Positions 18,129-28,707 of a stretch of DNA of 64,000 nucleotides are shown here, in pieces (the stretch's first letter is position 1; every line of letters starts with the position of its first letter). The stretch is from an uncultured Candidatus Entotheonella sp. (GTDB taxonomy: Bacteria; Tectomicrobia; Entotheonellia; Entotheonellales; Entotheonellaceae), in NCBI GenBank assembly GCA_965215335.1, contig CBDCDA010000001.1, forward strand, positions 1,216,001-1,280,000. The letters are read 5' to 3'. Made by a program: the position numbers and the translations under genes. The notes beneath the pieces were generated by a model. That model saw only the letters and a list, made by a program, of their open reading frames with translations. It was not told the origin of the DNA and searched no databases.

Positions 18129-19631
18129 ATGACTCCCAAACCCGCGTCCGTCCACTACAACGACTGGCGCCAGGTGGCGGTAGAACCGCTGGATACGTTC
18201 ACGCCCACCCTACCCGGGAGCGTGATCATCCCGTACTACCAGACACCCGCCGAAACGCTGGCCAGGACGCTGGCGGCGCTGGAAGGGCAGACCTATCCGC
18301 GGGAGTTGTTCGAGGTCGTAATCGTCGACGACGGGTCGGAGCCGCCGCTGTCCCAGCCCCGCTCCACCCCGCTGGACGTCAAGGTGGTGCGTCAGGAGCG
18401 TCGCGGCTTTGGGCTCGCCCGGGCGCGGAACACCGGCGCCCGGGCGGCCGCCTACGACATCCTGCTCTTTCTCGACAGCGACATGCTCGCCGAGGCAGGC
18501 TGGATGGCTGCACACGCCCGCTGGCACCACGCCGTCTCCGACGCCCTGACCCTGGGGTTGGTCGCCTATGTGTCGGTGGACGGTATCGACGCGGAGACGA
18601 TCCGGCGTCGGCCAGGGTCGTTACGGGAGCTGTTCTCGGACCGGACGGCGGACTCTTCACGGATCGAAGGCCTGATGCGCAGAACCAGCGATCTGACGAC
18701 GAGAGCCGATGATATATTTCACGCGATAGCAGGGGGCAACTTCGGAATTGGAAAGAGCTTCTACTGGTTGGTGGGCGGGAGTGACGAATCGTTCGCACGC
18801 TGGGGAGGGGAAGATACCGAGTTCGGCTACCGGGCCTATGCCCGCGGCGGGTTGCTGGTGCCGATCTGGGACGCCCCCGCCTGGCACCAAGGGCGCTGGA
18901 AGGAGAACAGAAACGCCACCAAGAGCCGGGATTTTCAGCTTCAGCGCGGGAAGGTAGCGCAGCTTATCGCCCACCCGGGATTCCGCGGCAAGCAGCCCGG
19001 TTGCATCTTTAAGGTGCCCCAGTATGTGGTGACCATTGATGCCGGCCGTCGCCCGATCGAGCAAATCATCAAGACCGCCGTGAACATCCTGGCGGACCGC
19101 GCGCATGACTTGGTGGTGCGAATCGAAACGCACGCGAGTGACGACCATGAGCGACTGACGCTGCTCCAGGACGAGTTCGGTGCCGACCCACGGGTGCGCA
19201 TCGGTCCCACTCGCTTCGCCCTCGACGAGTTTCCGGTGTCGCCGTTCCACGTCACGCTTCCCGCCACCGAATTCGCCAGAAACCTGGTGCATCGGCTGCG
19301 CGCCGGGCTGGGAGGGGCGGTCACCGCGGCCTCGACTCTCCCGGACGGAAGCCAGGTGTCGATCACCCGTGCGTGGGCGCTCCACCGGGCGCGCCGCACG
19401 GGGGGCAGCCTCGCCGGCTTCGGAGAGGCGCGGACGCTATCTGCGCGTTCCCTGAAGGTCCGGGTCGGCGCGCCGCCGGGCGGTGTGAACCGCACCGCAT
19501 CCAAGAAGGCAGTCGGATTTCCTACCGATTGGGAGCGCTTGCGGGACCGAGTGAGGAACCTCCACGGCTATCGGGATGCATGGTTGTTCCTGAAGTGGTT
19601 CGTCGGCGCGGTGTGGCGAGCAGTCAAGTAG
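18129..19631 (+). CDS. GT2 glycosyltransferase, copy B (tandem paralog)
   Basis: Same motifs as copy A; long near-identical DNA blocks at a constant 1485-bp offset. Confidence 0.9.
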   Translation: MTPKPASVHYNDWRQVAVEPLDTFTPTLPGSVIIPYYQTPAETLARTLAALEGQTYPRELFEVVIVDDGSEPPLSQPRSTPLDVKVVRQERRGFGLARARNTGARAAAYDILLFLDSDMLAEAGWMAAHARWHHAVSDALTLGLVAYVSVDGIDAETIRRRPGSLRELFSDRTADSSRIEGLMRRTSDLTTRADDIFHAIAGGNFGIGKSFYWLVGGSDESFARWGGEDTEFGYRAYARGGLLVPIWDAPAWHQGRWKENRNATKSRDFQLQRGKVAQLIAHPGFRGKQPGCIFKVPQYVVTIDAGRRPIEQIIKTAVNILADRAHDLVVRIETHASDDHERLTLLQDEFGADPRVRIGPTRFALDEFPVSPFHVTLPATEFARNLVHRLRAGLGGAVTAASTLPDGSQVSITRAWALHRARRTGGSLAGFGEARTLSARSLKVRVGAPPGGVNRTASKKAVGFPTDWERLRDRVRNLHGYRDAWLFLKWFVGAVWRAVK

Positions 19632-19638
19632 GCTGCAT

Positions 19639-21054
19639 ATGGGGGAGACTAGGTATCCGGCGCCGAATACGGAGAACATGAGATCGTCGTTCCTGAAATA
19701 CGTGGTTCGATGGCGGGCGGCCAGAAAGCAACGGATGGCCTGGGCGTATCTCCGGCACTGGATACGGAGTCGGTGGCTGCGGGTCGTCTGGAAACCGGGC
19801 AAGCTGCTACAGAGCGGACCGGCTCGGAACCCGCCGATGCCAGGCGCATCGAAACCGCCGGAGGCGTCGTGCCAAGCTGTCGTACCCGCCTTTGATCCGC
19901 GGAGATACAACCCGTTCCGATGGCCGCGCGCCGCCGGGGACGAGGTGGCGGCGCTGGGGCCGATCGCGTGGTTGCCACCCGACGCCGAGGCGCACCGCGT
20001 CGTGCACCGGGACGATCTGCGCCGCCTGCGTCGTTGTCATCACGTGGAGGACGTGCAGGCGTACCACGACGACGTCGTCACGCGGGCCGGTGACTTGGCT
20101 CGCGTGGCCGCCACCGGCGTGGTGGTGCATCTGGCGGATGGCGATAAACGGCTTCGGCCGCTGCTCGGCGCCGACCTTCATGACCTGATGACCGGCGACG
20201 TGAGCGGCATCGACGCCGACGCGCGCGAACTGCTCAGCATCAGGATGCGCCGCGCGGCTCTGCGGGACCATTCACTCCAAGCGCGCGCCCGGCAACTCGG
20301 CGGGGAGGAACCGCCCTTGGTGTCGATCCTGCTGCCGACCCGGCGCCCCGAACGGCTGCCGCAGGCGCTCGCCGCGGTAGCGAGACAGACCTACCCCCGG
20401 CTGGAGCTGGTGCTGGCGTTGCACGGCGGACCCTTCGCGGAAGTCGAGCAGCGCGTCGCCGAATTGCCGCACCCGGCGAAGGTGGTGCCCGTGCCCGCAC
20501 GCGAGCCGCTCGGCACCGTGCTCGGCGCCGCGTCGGCGGTGGCGAGCGGGACGCTGCTGACCAAGATGGACGACGACGACCTGTACGGCGGCGACCACGT
20601 GTGGGACCTCGTGCTTGCGCAGGAGTACTCCCAAGCGCCGCTGGTGGGCAAGGGGGTTGAGTTCGTCTACCTGGCCGCGTCGGATCGAACCGCTCACTGG
20701 CACTGCGGGAGCGGCGAAAGTTATCAGACGTCGACCCTGGCCGGGGGCGCTCAGTTGATTACCCGCGACGAGCTCGTGCGGGTGGGCGGCTGGCCGCGAG
20801 TGTCGCGAGGCGTCGATCAGGGGCTGATCGACGCCGTCGTTCGGGCGCGCGGCTGCGTCTACCGCACCCACGGCGCCGGCTTCATGCTGGTTCGACACGG
20901 CGAGCGCCATACGTGGGAGGCGTCCGACGACTGGTTCCTCGAGCAGGCCGACAGTAGCAGCCCCGGCTGGAACCCGGCGCTCGCCGACCTCGGGGACCTG
21001 AACCTGCCGCATCCGGTGTCGGACACGGAATCAACAGGGAAACAGCAGACTTGA
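19639..21054 (+). CDS. GT2-family glycosyltransferase
   Basis: VSILLPTRRP, QTYPRLELV, TKMDDDDLYG. Confidence 0.82.
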   Translation: MGETRYPAPNTENMRSSFLKYVVRWRAARKQRMAWAYLRHWIRSRWLRVVWKPGKLLQSGPARNPPMPGASKPPEASCQAVVPAFDPRRYNPFRWPRAAGDEVAALGPIAWLPPDAEAHRVVHRDDLRRLRRCHHVEDVQAYHDDVVTRAGDLARVAATGVVVHLADGDKRLRPLLGADLHDLMTGDVSGIDADARELLSIRMRRAALRDHSLQARARQLGGEEPPLVSILLPTRRPERLPQALAAVARQTYPRLELVLALHGGPFAEVEQRVAELPHPAKVVPVPAREPLGTVLGAASAVASGTLLTKMDDDDLYGGDHVWDLVLAQEYSQAPLVGKGVEFVYLAASDRTAHWHCGSGESYQTSTLAGGAQLITRDELVRVGGWPRVSRGVDQGLIDAVVRARGCVYRTHGAGFMLVRHGERHTWEASDDWFLEQADSSSPGWNPALADLGDLNLPHPVSDTESTGKQQT

Positions 21055-21118
21055 AATCTGTCATGAATGTGATTCTGCCACGCTACCACGCTACGCCTTT
21101 TGGTTTGGGATCACACAC

Positions 21119-21565
21119 GTGATCCTGATTGTTCTCGCCATCCTTGGCCCGCTGCACATACTGACCCGCACGTCCACCTATGGCTCCGGCCTGTCCCCCG
21201 ACTCGGCAGGCTACCTGTCCATCGCTTCGAACCTCGCCGAGGGAGAGGGCTCGCAGGATTCCAACGGCCGCGGGATCCTGCCGTGGCCGTTCCTCTTTCC
21301 TCTGCTCCTGGCGGCCTTCGATCTCGTTGGCATCGAGCCGCTGGAGGCAGGCCGTTGGGTGAACATAGCCACCTTTGGTCTGATTGTCCTACTGGGTCGG
21401 TTTCTGGTTACGCCGGAACCCCATGTCGTCCGCTCTGGCGGTGGGGGCCACCGTCGCCGCCGTGACCTCGCTCCCCCTCTCCGCCTCGTCTCTTTGATAT
21501 GGGGGGGGACGGTGTTCACTGCCTTGGCCGCGGTGACGCGGTATGCCGGCGTTACGGAAGCATGA
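21119..21565 (+). pseudogene. Internally deleted remnant of a GT-C/ArnT-like membrane glycosyltransferase
   Basis: SPDSAGYLSIASNLAEGEG...WPFLFPLLLA N-terminus joined to ALAAVTRYAG; far too short for the family. Confidence 0.55.
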
Positions 21566-22395
21566 CGCCGCCAATGAACACGATCAAGCGGGCGCTGAGG
21601 GTGCTGAGCGCGATAGCAACGAACCCGTCCGTCGCCGCGGCGATGGTGGGCGCGTTGTCGCACGGGAGGTTCGACGTACGGCGCATGGCGTACACTGCCA
21701 CGCGGGCGCCCGATCTCCGCGCGGAGAAAGTCGTCTCCCGCAAGTACCGGTATCTCTGGCTATGCGTCCCCAAGGTGGCGTCGCGCAGCATCATGAGGGC
21801 GTTGTGCAGCACGGACCCTGACGCCGAGGTCGTTCACGGGGCGCGCATCAGCGACCTGTACGCGATACGTCCGGAAGCGAGGGGCTACCACAGCTTCGCG
21901 TTCGTCAGGCATCCTTTCGACCGGACGCTCTCGTTCTATCGGGAGCTGCATGTTGCCCACAGGATTTACACCGGAGAACAACGCCTTCACAAGGCGGAGA
22001 AACGCCAGAGCTTCTTCCGCCAGTTCTATGGACTGGCGGAAACGCGCAACTTCGACGACGTCTGCGAGTGGCTGAACACGCCGTACGGCTCGGATGTCTT
22101 TGCAGACCGGCACTTTCTGTCTCAACACATGCAGATTCGCCTTGAGGACGGGCGCTTGCCCGACTTCATCGGCCGCTTTGAGAACCTGGACGCGGATCTG
22201 AACCGGGTCGCAGCGTATCTCGGCATGCCGGCGCTGCAGTTGCCGATGCTCAACACGGCGTCCGGCTGGACGACAACGCCAGAAGCGTGGCGAGCGGCGA
22301 GGCCGCAGCTGGCCGCGCAACTCACCGAGCGGAACAGGGCGCTGCTGGCGAAACGTTACGCGGACGACTTCGAGCTCTTCGGCTATTCGCCGTGA
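21562..22395 (+). CDS. Sulfotransferase family 2 protein
   Basis: VPKVASRSI (5'-PSB), FVRHPFDRTLSFY (3'-PB), HFLSQ, IGRFENL, YADDFELFGY. Confidence 0.85.
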   Translation: MTPPMNTIKRALRVLSAIATNPSVAAAMVGALSHGRFDVRRMAYTATRAPDLRAEKVVSRKYRYLWLCVPKVASRSIMRALCSTDPDAEVVHGARISDLYAIRPEARGYHSFAFVRHPFDRTLSFYRELHVAHRIYTGEQRLHKAEKRQSFFRQFYGLAETRNFDDVCEWLNTPYGSDVFADRHFLSQHMQIRLEDGRLPDFIGRFENLDADLNRVAAYLGMPALQLPMLNTASGWTTTPEAWRAARPQLAAQLTERNRALLAKRYADDFELFGYSP

Positions 22396-22670
22396 TCTGC
22401 GGAGACGCCAGGCGGTGAGAACGACCCTGGTTTCCTTGCCGCTCAACCCACAGAGCGAATGCCTGCTGAGTGCGGACAACGTGGATCGGAAGAAAGCGTG
22501 CAACGTCGGTGCCAGCCAACTTCCGGCTGCGCGACGCTGCGGTCCGACGTATCGTGTTGCCGACCTCGGAGCGCTGGTATACACTGGCCGCCATGCCGGC
22601 GATGGTGGCACGGGTCGCGACCTCCCCTGTCGCTGATAACCCACGTACTCGACCACGGCGAGCCACAGCG

Positions 22671-24263
22671 ATGAAGCCCACCGAGCCTGGCTCGAACCCC
22701 CAACCGCCGGTGGCGAAGCGCAAGCTGCCGATCGGCATCCAGACCTTCCGCCAGATCCGTGCGGAAGGCTACTACTACGTCGACAAGACCGGCTACATCC
22801 GGCGCCTGGTGGAGGGCGGCAAGCACTACTTCCTGTCGCGTCCCCGGCGCTTCGGCAAGAGCCTGCTGCTGGACACCATCAAGGAGCTGTTCGAGGGCAG
22901 CGCGGAGCTGTTCCGGGGACTCGCCGCCGAAGACCACCGGGCCTTGTCGGCCGGCCACCCCGTCGTGCGCCTGAGCTTCGGCGGCGGCGACTTTACCCGG
23001 CCCGAAAACCTGCACCGGAACACGATGGCGCAACTCGGCACGCTCGAACGCCGGGCGTCCGTGACCGGGGAGCACGACGGCGCGCCCGAGCGTTTCGCCC
23101 ATCTGGTCCAGACGCTGCGCGAGGGCGCGGGGCGGCGCGTCGTGGTGCTGGTGGACGAATACGACAAGCCCGTCCTGGATGCGCTGGAGAAGCCGGAGGT
23201 GGCCCGCGCCAACCGCGACTACCTGCGCGGCCTGTACGGGACCATCAAGGACTGCGACGCCGACGTCGAGTTCACGCTGCTCACGGGGGTGAGCAAGTTT
23301 TCCAAGGTCAATCTGTTTTCGGGCCTCAACAACCTCATCGACATCACCCTGGACCCGCGCTACTCCGCCATCTGCGGGTACACCGAGGCGGACCTGGAGA
23401 CGGTGTTCGCGCCCGAACTGCCGGGGTTGGACCGGGACGCCATCCGCGACTGGTACGACGGCTACAACTGGCGGGGAGACGAGCGGGTCTACAACCCCTT
23501 CGACGTGCTGCTGCTGTTCGACACGCGCGAGTTCAAGGCGCACTGGTTCGAGACCGGCACGCCGGCGTTCCTGATCGACACGCTACTGTCGCGCGGGTTC
23601 GGTGCTCCGCCGCTGGACGGCGTGGTCGCAAGCGACGCGATGCTGTCGGCCTTCGACGTGGATGACAGCGCCGCCGAAGCGCTGCTGTTCCAGACCGGCT
23701 ACCTGACCATTCGCGGCACGGAGTACCACCGCGGCAGGACGCAATACCGGCTGGGCTACCCGAACCGTGAGGCGCGACAAAGCCTGAACGAAAGCCTGCT
23801 GGACCGCTTGACGGGCGACCGGGCGCGTCGGGAGCGGCGCAGCGACGATCTGTACGACCTGTTGCTAGCCAACGACTTCGAGGGCATGGGGACGCTGTTC
23901 CGGTCGTTCTTCGCTGGCATCCCCTACCAGTGGCGCGTGCGGAGCCCCATTGCGGACTACGAGGGCTACTATGCCAGCGTGTTCCACGCCCACTTCCTGG
24001 CGCTGGGGACGGAGCTTGAAGTCACGGTGGAGGACAGCGGCAGCCGCGGTCGCGTGGACATGGCCGTCCGCTTCAACGGCAACGTCTACCTGTTCGAGTT
24101 CAAGGTGGTGGAGAAGGACGCCACGGGAGCGGCCATGTCGCAGTTGAAGACCAGGGGCTACGCCGACAAGTACCGTCACCTGGGCTGGCCGATCCACCTG
24201 ATCGGCGTGGAGTTCAGCAAGGAGACGCGCAACGTCGTGGCCTTCGACACGGAGCGGGTCTGA
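22671..24263 (+). CDS. AAA-ATPase-like + PD-(D/E)XK nuclease protein, copy 2
   Basis: Same motifs as 14981-16576; start set by alignment with copy 1. Confidence 0.9.
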   Translation: MKPTEPGSNPQPPVAKRKLPIGIQTFRQIRAEGYYYVDKTGYIRRLVEGGKHYFLSRPRRFGKSLLLDTIKELFEGSAELFRGLAAEDHRALSAGHPVVRLSFGGGDFTRPENLHRNTMAQLGTLERRASVTGEHDGAPERFAHLVQTLREGAGRRVVVLVDEYDKPVLDALEKPEVARANRDYLRGLYGTIKDCDADVEFTLLTGVSKFSKVNLFSGLNNLIDITLDPRYSAICGYTEADLETVFAPELPGLDRDAIRDWYDGYNWRGDERVYNPFDVLLLFDTREFKAHWFETGTPAFLIDTLLSRGFGAPPLDGVVASDAMLSAFDVDDSAAEALLFQTGYLTIRGTEYHRGRTQYRLGYPNREARQSLNESLLDRLTGDRARRERRSDDLYDLLLANDFEGMGTLFRSFFAGIPYQWRVRSPIADYEGYYASVFHAHFLALGTELEVTVEDSGSRGRVDMAVRFNGNVYLFEFKVVEKDATGAAMSQLKTRGYADKYRHLGWPIHLIGVEFSKETRNVVAFDTERV

Positions 24264-25083
24264 ATAAATGGCGCGGCAGGAGCGGCCTGGGCCAGAACGA
24301 TGTTCGCCCTGACCATCTTGCTGGTCATTACCTCGTGTGCAATCTCAATACTGCGGCAGAGTTACTCGCTGGGCAGGAAAGATAGATGCACGCCAACTTC
24401 GGCGTGCTGGGCGTTCTGCTGGGGATGCTCCTGCTGGGTGTCCTGTACCGCGGGCGACGTACCAGCTTTTCTTCCACGCCGGCGCCTCGGTGATAGCCAT
24501 GGCCGCGAGCGCCCATATCCTGACGGTTCTGGTCGTGAATATGGAGAGCAAGGTCTCGGTCGCGTTGGGTTTTATCCTCTGGTACTATGGATTCGACGGC
24601 ATTCGTCGGGCGGTGCTCAAGGCGCCAAGGACGGTTGGCGAGCTTGAGCGATTGCTGCGTCTGATATGCCAGGCGGTCACGTCGCCCAAAACGTTACGCC
24701 CGCCGCTCTACCCCATGTAATTTTGTCGTGAGCTGGTAAAGGGAGAAGAGGGGGCAACTGACATGCCTGGCAAGGAGAAGGTCATGGCCGCATTCCGCCA
24801 GCACCAGCTCCTGATGGAACGAGCGGAACTCCGGGTAATGGTCTTCAGCTTGCGCGAGATGCCCTTTCGAGTGCCTTTTCGAGTGCCTTAAGGAACATGT
24901 CCACCAGTACGGCAACAGGCAGGTCGGGGACACGTATCTTCTTGCGGCTTTTACAAACGGCCGGATCGCGTATTACCGGGTCGACGTCGATCCGAATCTT
25001 AACGCCCAAAGGTCGTCACTTGCGAGGGGCTGCCACAAGCAGACACATCTTCACAACAATCCTCTGCTAGCAGGAGCCATACC

Positions 25084-26733
25084 ATGACCGAAATCAGCGG
25101 CGGGCATCTGGTTGCCCGCGCCCTGAAGGCCGAGGGGGTGGAGGCCATCTTCACCCTGTGCGGCGGCCATATCATCGACATCTACGACGGCTGCCTGGAT
25201 GAGGGTATCCGCATCATCGACGTGCGGCACGAGCAAGCCGCGGCGCACGCCGCGGACGCCTGGACGCGCGTCACCGGCAAGCCGGGGGTGGCGGTGGTGA
25301 CCGCCGGGCCGGGAACGACGGATACGGTGACGGGCGTGGCCAACGCCTTTCGCGCCCAGACGCCGATGCTGGTCATCGGCGGCCAAGGCGCCTTCACGCA
25401 GATGCACATGGGGTCGCTGCAGGAGCTCGATCACGTCTCCATCATGAAGCCCATCACCAAGTTCGCTTCTACGGTGCCGCACACCGAGCGCATTCCCGAA
25501 TTGATGAGCATGGCCTTCCGGGAAGCCTTCAACGGCCGTCCGGGGCCGGTTTTTCTGGAAATGCCGCGTGACATCCTCGACGCCAAGGTCGACGCCGATC
25601 GCGTACGCATGCCCAGCAACTACCGCTCCGCCTACAAGGTGCACGGCGACCCCGACGCCATCGCCCTGGCCGCCGACTGGTTCCGGCAGGCCGAGCGCCC
25701 GGCGGTGCTGGCCGGCAGCCAGGTGCAGTTCTGCCGCGGCGCCGCGGCGCTGGCGAAGCTCGCCGAGCAGGCGCGGCTGCCGATTTACGTCAATGGCGCG
25801 GCGCGCGGCGCCCTGCCGCCGACCCACCCCAACCTCTTCGTCACCTCGCGCCGCCGCGCCCTCAAGGAAGCCGACGTCATCATGATCATCGGCACACCCT
25901 TCGACTTCCGTCTCGGCTACGGCCAGCGTCTCAACCCGGACGCCAAGGTCATCCAGGTCGATCTGGACTACGGCGAGCTGGGCCACAACCGCGACGTGGC
26001 GCTGGGCATCTGCGGCGACGCCGCGGCGGTGATTACGCAGCTGACCGACGCCACCGCGCCGGGGCACAGCAACTCGGACAACTGGCTGCGCGCCCTGCGC
26101 GAGGATGAGGACAAGCGCGCCAGCCAGGCGGCCCTCGGTCTCAATTCCGACCAGGTGCCGATCCACCCGCTGCGGCTGTGCAAGGAGATCAACGACTTCC
26201 TCAGCGAGGACACCGTGTTCATCGGCGACGGCGGCGACATCGTCACCATGTCGGCGTCGGTGATCCGCACCCACAAGCCGGGGCACTGGCTCGATCCCGG
26301 CCCGCTCGGCACCCTGGGTGTCGGCGCGCCGTTCGCCATCGCCGCCAAGGCCGCCATGCCGGAGAAGGACGTCTTCATACTGTTCGGCGACGGCGCCTTC
26401 GGGCTTACCGGCTTCGACATCGACACCGCGGTGCGCTTCGACCTGCCGTTCGTCAGCGTCGTGGGCAACAACGCCGGCTGGAACCAGATCCGCTACGGGC
26501 AGCTCACCAAGTACGGCGACCGGAAGGGCGACGTGGCCAACAAATTGTCCGCCACGCGCTACGACGTCATCGTCGAGGCCATGGGCGGCTACGGCGAGTA
26601 CGTCACCGAGCCCGGCGACATCCGCCCGGCCATGGAGCGGGCGCGCGTCTCGGGCAAGCCGTCGTGCGTCAACGTCATCCTCGACCCGGACATCTACAGC
26701 AGCGGCACGATGAACCAGACCATGTACAAGTAG
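25084..26733 (+). CDS. ThDP-dependent enzyme (acetolactate synthase large subunit / oxalyl-CoA decarboxylase / 2-hydroxyacyl-CoA lyase superfamily)
   Basis: RHEQAAAHAA, TAGPGTT, GDGAFG...NN ThDP motif; no small-subunit gene adjacent. Confidence 0.88.
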   Translation: MTEISGGHLVARALKAEGVEAIFTLCGGHIIDIYDGCLDEGIRIIDVRHEQAAAHAADAWTRVTGKPGVAVVTAGPGTTDTVTGVANAFRAQTPMLVIGGQGAFTQMHMGSLQELDHVSIMKPITKFASTVPHTERIPELMSMAFREAFNGRPGPVFLEMPRDILDAKVDADRVRMPSNYRSAYKVHGDPDAIALAADWFRQAERPAVLAGSQVQFCRGAAALAKLAEQARLPIYVNGAARGALPPTHPNLFVTSRRRALKEADVIMIIGTPFDFRLGYGQRLNPDAKVIQVDLDYGELGHNRDVALGICGDAAAVITQLTDATAPGHSNSDNWLRALREDEDKRASQAALGLNSDQVPIHPLRLCKEINDFLSEDTVFIGDGGDIVTMSASVIRTHKPGHWLDPGPLGTLGVGAPFAIAAKAAMPEKDVFILFGDGAFGLTGFDIDTAVRFDLPFVSVVGNNAGWNQIRYGQLTKYGDRKGDVANKLSATRYDVIVEAMGGYGEYVTEPGDIRPAMERARVSGKPSCVNVILDPDIYSSGTMNQTMYK

Positions 26734-26753
26734 AACGGGGAGGGAAGCCAGGC

Positions 26754-27821
26754 ATGGTAGAACCCGTCGAAGGACGCAGCCATGAGGTGGACGATGGCGT
26801 CGACGCCATCGAGTACTACTTCGAGCGTGGCGTCACTGACGGGCTGCCGGTGGTGCCGCCCACCGAAGGGCGGGTGGCGCGCATGCTGGCCGTCACGGCA
26901 CGGCCGGCCGACGAGGTGGTTGCGCTGGTGCCGCCGAACTACGGCGCCGCCACGATCGAGAAGATCACCGTCAACGCGGTGATGGCGGGCTGCAAGCCGG
27001 ACTACCTGCCGGTCGTCGTGGCCGGCGTGCAGGCTATGTGTGCGGAGCAGGTCAGCCTGCACGGGGTGCAGGGCACGACGCACACCGCGACGCCACTATT
27101 CATCGTCAACGGACCGGTGCGGCAGCAACTCGACATCAACTGCGCCACCGGCGTCTTCGGCTCCGGCTGGCGCGCCAACGCCACGATTGGCCGCGCCCTG
27201 CGGCTGATCATGACCAACGTCGGCGGCGCCCGCCCTGGCGAGATCGACAAGTCGGCCATGGGGCACCCCGGGAAGTACACCTTCCTTATCGGCGAGTACG
27301 AGGAGGCCAGCCCTTGGGAACCGCTGCACGTCGAACAGGGCTACCGGCCCGAGCAGAGCACTGTCAGCGTCTATTGCTGCGACGCCCCGCAATGCGTCAG
27401 CAACCATGGCAGCCGCACCGCTCGGGGCATTCTGACCACCATCGGCGCCAGCATGGCGGTGGGCTGGCACAACAAGGCGTATCTCAATGACAACTGCCTG
27501 GTGGTCATCGGGCCTGAGCACGCCAAGAGCATCGGGGCGAGCGGCTTGAGCAAGCAGGCCGTCAAGCGCTTCCTGTACGAGCACGTGCGGCGGCCGCTGG
27601 GCGAGCTGCTGCCCGGCCCGGATGGCGCCGAGGGCGTGGCGCGCCAGCGGGTGCCAGAGGGGCTGGACGCGCAGGACGACGCGACGTTGATTCCCAAGAT
27701 CACGTCGCCGGACGGCATCACGGTCGTGGTCGCCGGCGGTACCGCCGGACGATTTTCGCTTCACCTGTCGGGCTGGGGCGCCGGCAGTCGCCTGGCCACG
27801 GCGCCGGTCGAGCTCGACTGA
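26754..27821 (+). CDS. Conserved DGLPVVPPT-motif protein, usual companion of UGSC-family proteins
   Basis: TDGLPVVPPT, NAVMAGC, RANATIGRAL, GHPGKY; RBS GGAGG. Confidence 0.78.
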   Translation: MVEPVEGRSHEVDDGVDAIEYYFERGVTDGLPVVPPTEGRVARMLAVTARPADEVVALVPPNYGAATIEKITVNAVMAGCKPDYLPVVVAGVQAMCAEQVSLHGVQGTTHTATPLFIVNGPVRQQLDINCATGVFGSGWRANATIGRALRLIMTNVGGARPGEIDKSAMGHPGKYTFLIGEYEEASPWEPLHVEQGYRPEQSTVSVYCCDAPQCVSNHGSRTARGILTTIGASMAVGWHNKAYLNDNCLVVIGPEHAKSIGASGLSKQAVKRFLYEHVRRPLGELLPGPDGAEGVARQRVPEGLDAQDDATLIPKITSPDGITVVVAGGTAGRFSLHLSGWGAGSRLATAPVELD

Positions 27822-27845
27822 GAGCGTGGTTGTCAATTATCCTGC

Positions 27846-28625
27846 TTGCGCTTGAGGCGGCCTCAGACGTTTGGGCATTTGATCCTCTTTGCCGTGCGAC
27901 ACCCGATCCCAACATTCCATGTCGCGCTGCTGGGTCTTGTGTCACTCCCTTTTGCCCGTCGCTTCGCGGCGCTCGTGGTGTTCGTCGCAGTGGGATCACT
28001 CTATGCCTTCAGCATCTGGCCTGTAGCCTCCGTATTGGAGTGGGGCCTGTACGAGCACCCGGCCTTGTCGCCGCAGACTGATCTGTCGGCAGCAGGGATG
28101 ATCGCGGTGTTGGGCACGGGAAACCACGATAATCTGCTCGACTACGAAGGCCGCATCACGGCGGGTGGCCCAATGCTGGAGCGCCTGCGTCATGCGGCGT
28201 CTTTGCACCGGCGCACCAGACTGCCTCTGCTCGTGACGGGCGGTACCACGCGGCCCGGTAGCCCGGCCGAAGCGGAACTGATGGTACGCTCGCTCAAGAA
28301 CGATTTCGGCATCGGCGTACGTTTCGTGGAAAGTCGTTCTCGAAACACCGCCGAGAATGCCATCTACAGCGCGGCACTGCTTGCCGAGGTGGGGGTCACG
28401 CGTATCGTGCTGGTGACGCACGCGATCCACATGTTCCGCGCGGTGGACGCTTTCGAACGTCAGGGGCTCAAGGTGGTGCCGGCGCCGGTCGTGAGCCGAG
28501 TCGCTACGGACGATAATGTCCCGCTCGACATCTTCGCTTTCCTGCCTAGTGCGGGCGCCCTCTCAGGGTCCGCTTCCGCCGTCCACGAATATGTCGGCCG
28601 CTTATGGTATCGGATGCGCTACTGA
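27846..28625 (+). CDS. YdcF/ElyC (DUF218) family protein
   Basis: VTGG, EAELM, ESRSRNTAENA, LVTHAIHMFRA, HEYVG. Confidence 0.85.
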   Translation: MRLRRPQTFGHLILFAVRHPIPTFHVALLGLVSLPFARRFAALVVFVAVGSLYAFSIWPVASVLEWGLYEHPALSPQTDLSAAGMIAVLGTGNHDNLLDYEGRITAGGPMLERLRHAASLHRRTRLPLLVTGGTTRPGSPAEAELMVRSLKNDFGIGVRFVESRSRNTAENAIYSAALLAEVGVTRIVLVTHAIHMFRAVDAFERQGLKVVPAPVVSRVATDDNVPLDIFAFLPSAGALSGSASAVHEYVGRLWYRMRY

Positions 28626-28707
28626 GAAGCGATGTTTGAATAGCCTCCACGGCTCATGGGTGAGAGTTGAACATCGGTCCTGACGACAACAGACACAGGA
28701 GGGAGTC

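Noticed and set aside
16659..19436. GT2 repeats as DGR template/variable repeat or CRISPR
   Set aside because: Differences are not adenine-specific, there is no reverse transcriptase and no repeat-spacer periodicity
24300..25000. Short ORFs between the second AAA gene and the ThDP enzyme
   Set aside because: Fragmentary, no family recognised; likely remnants
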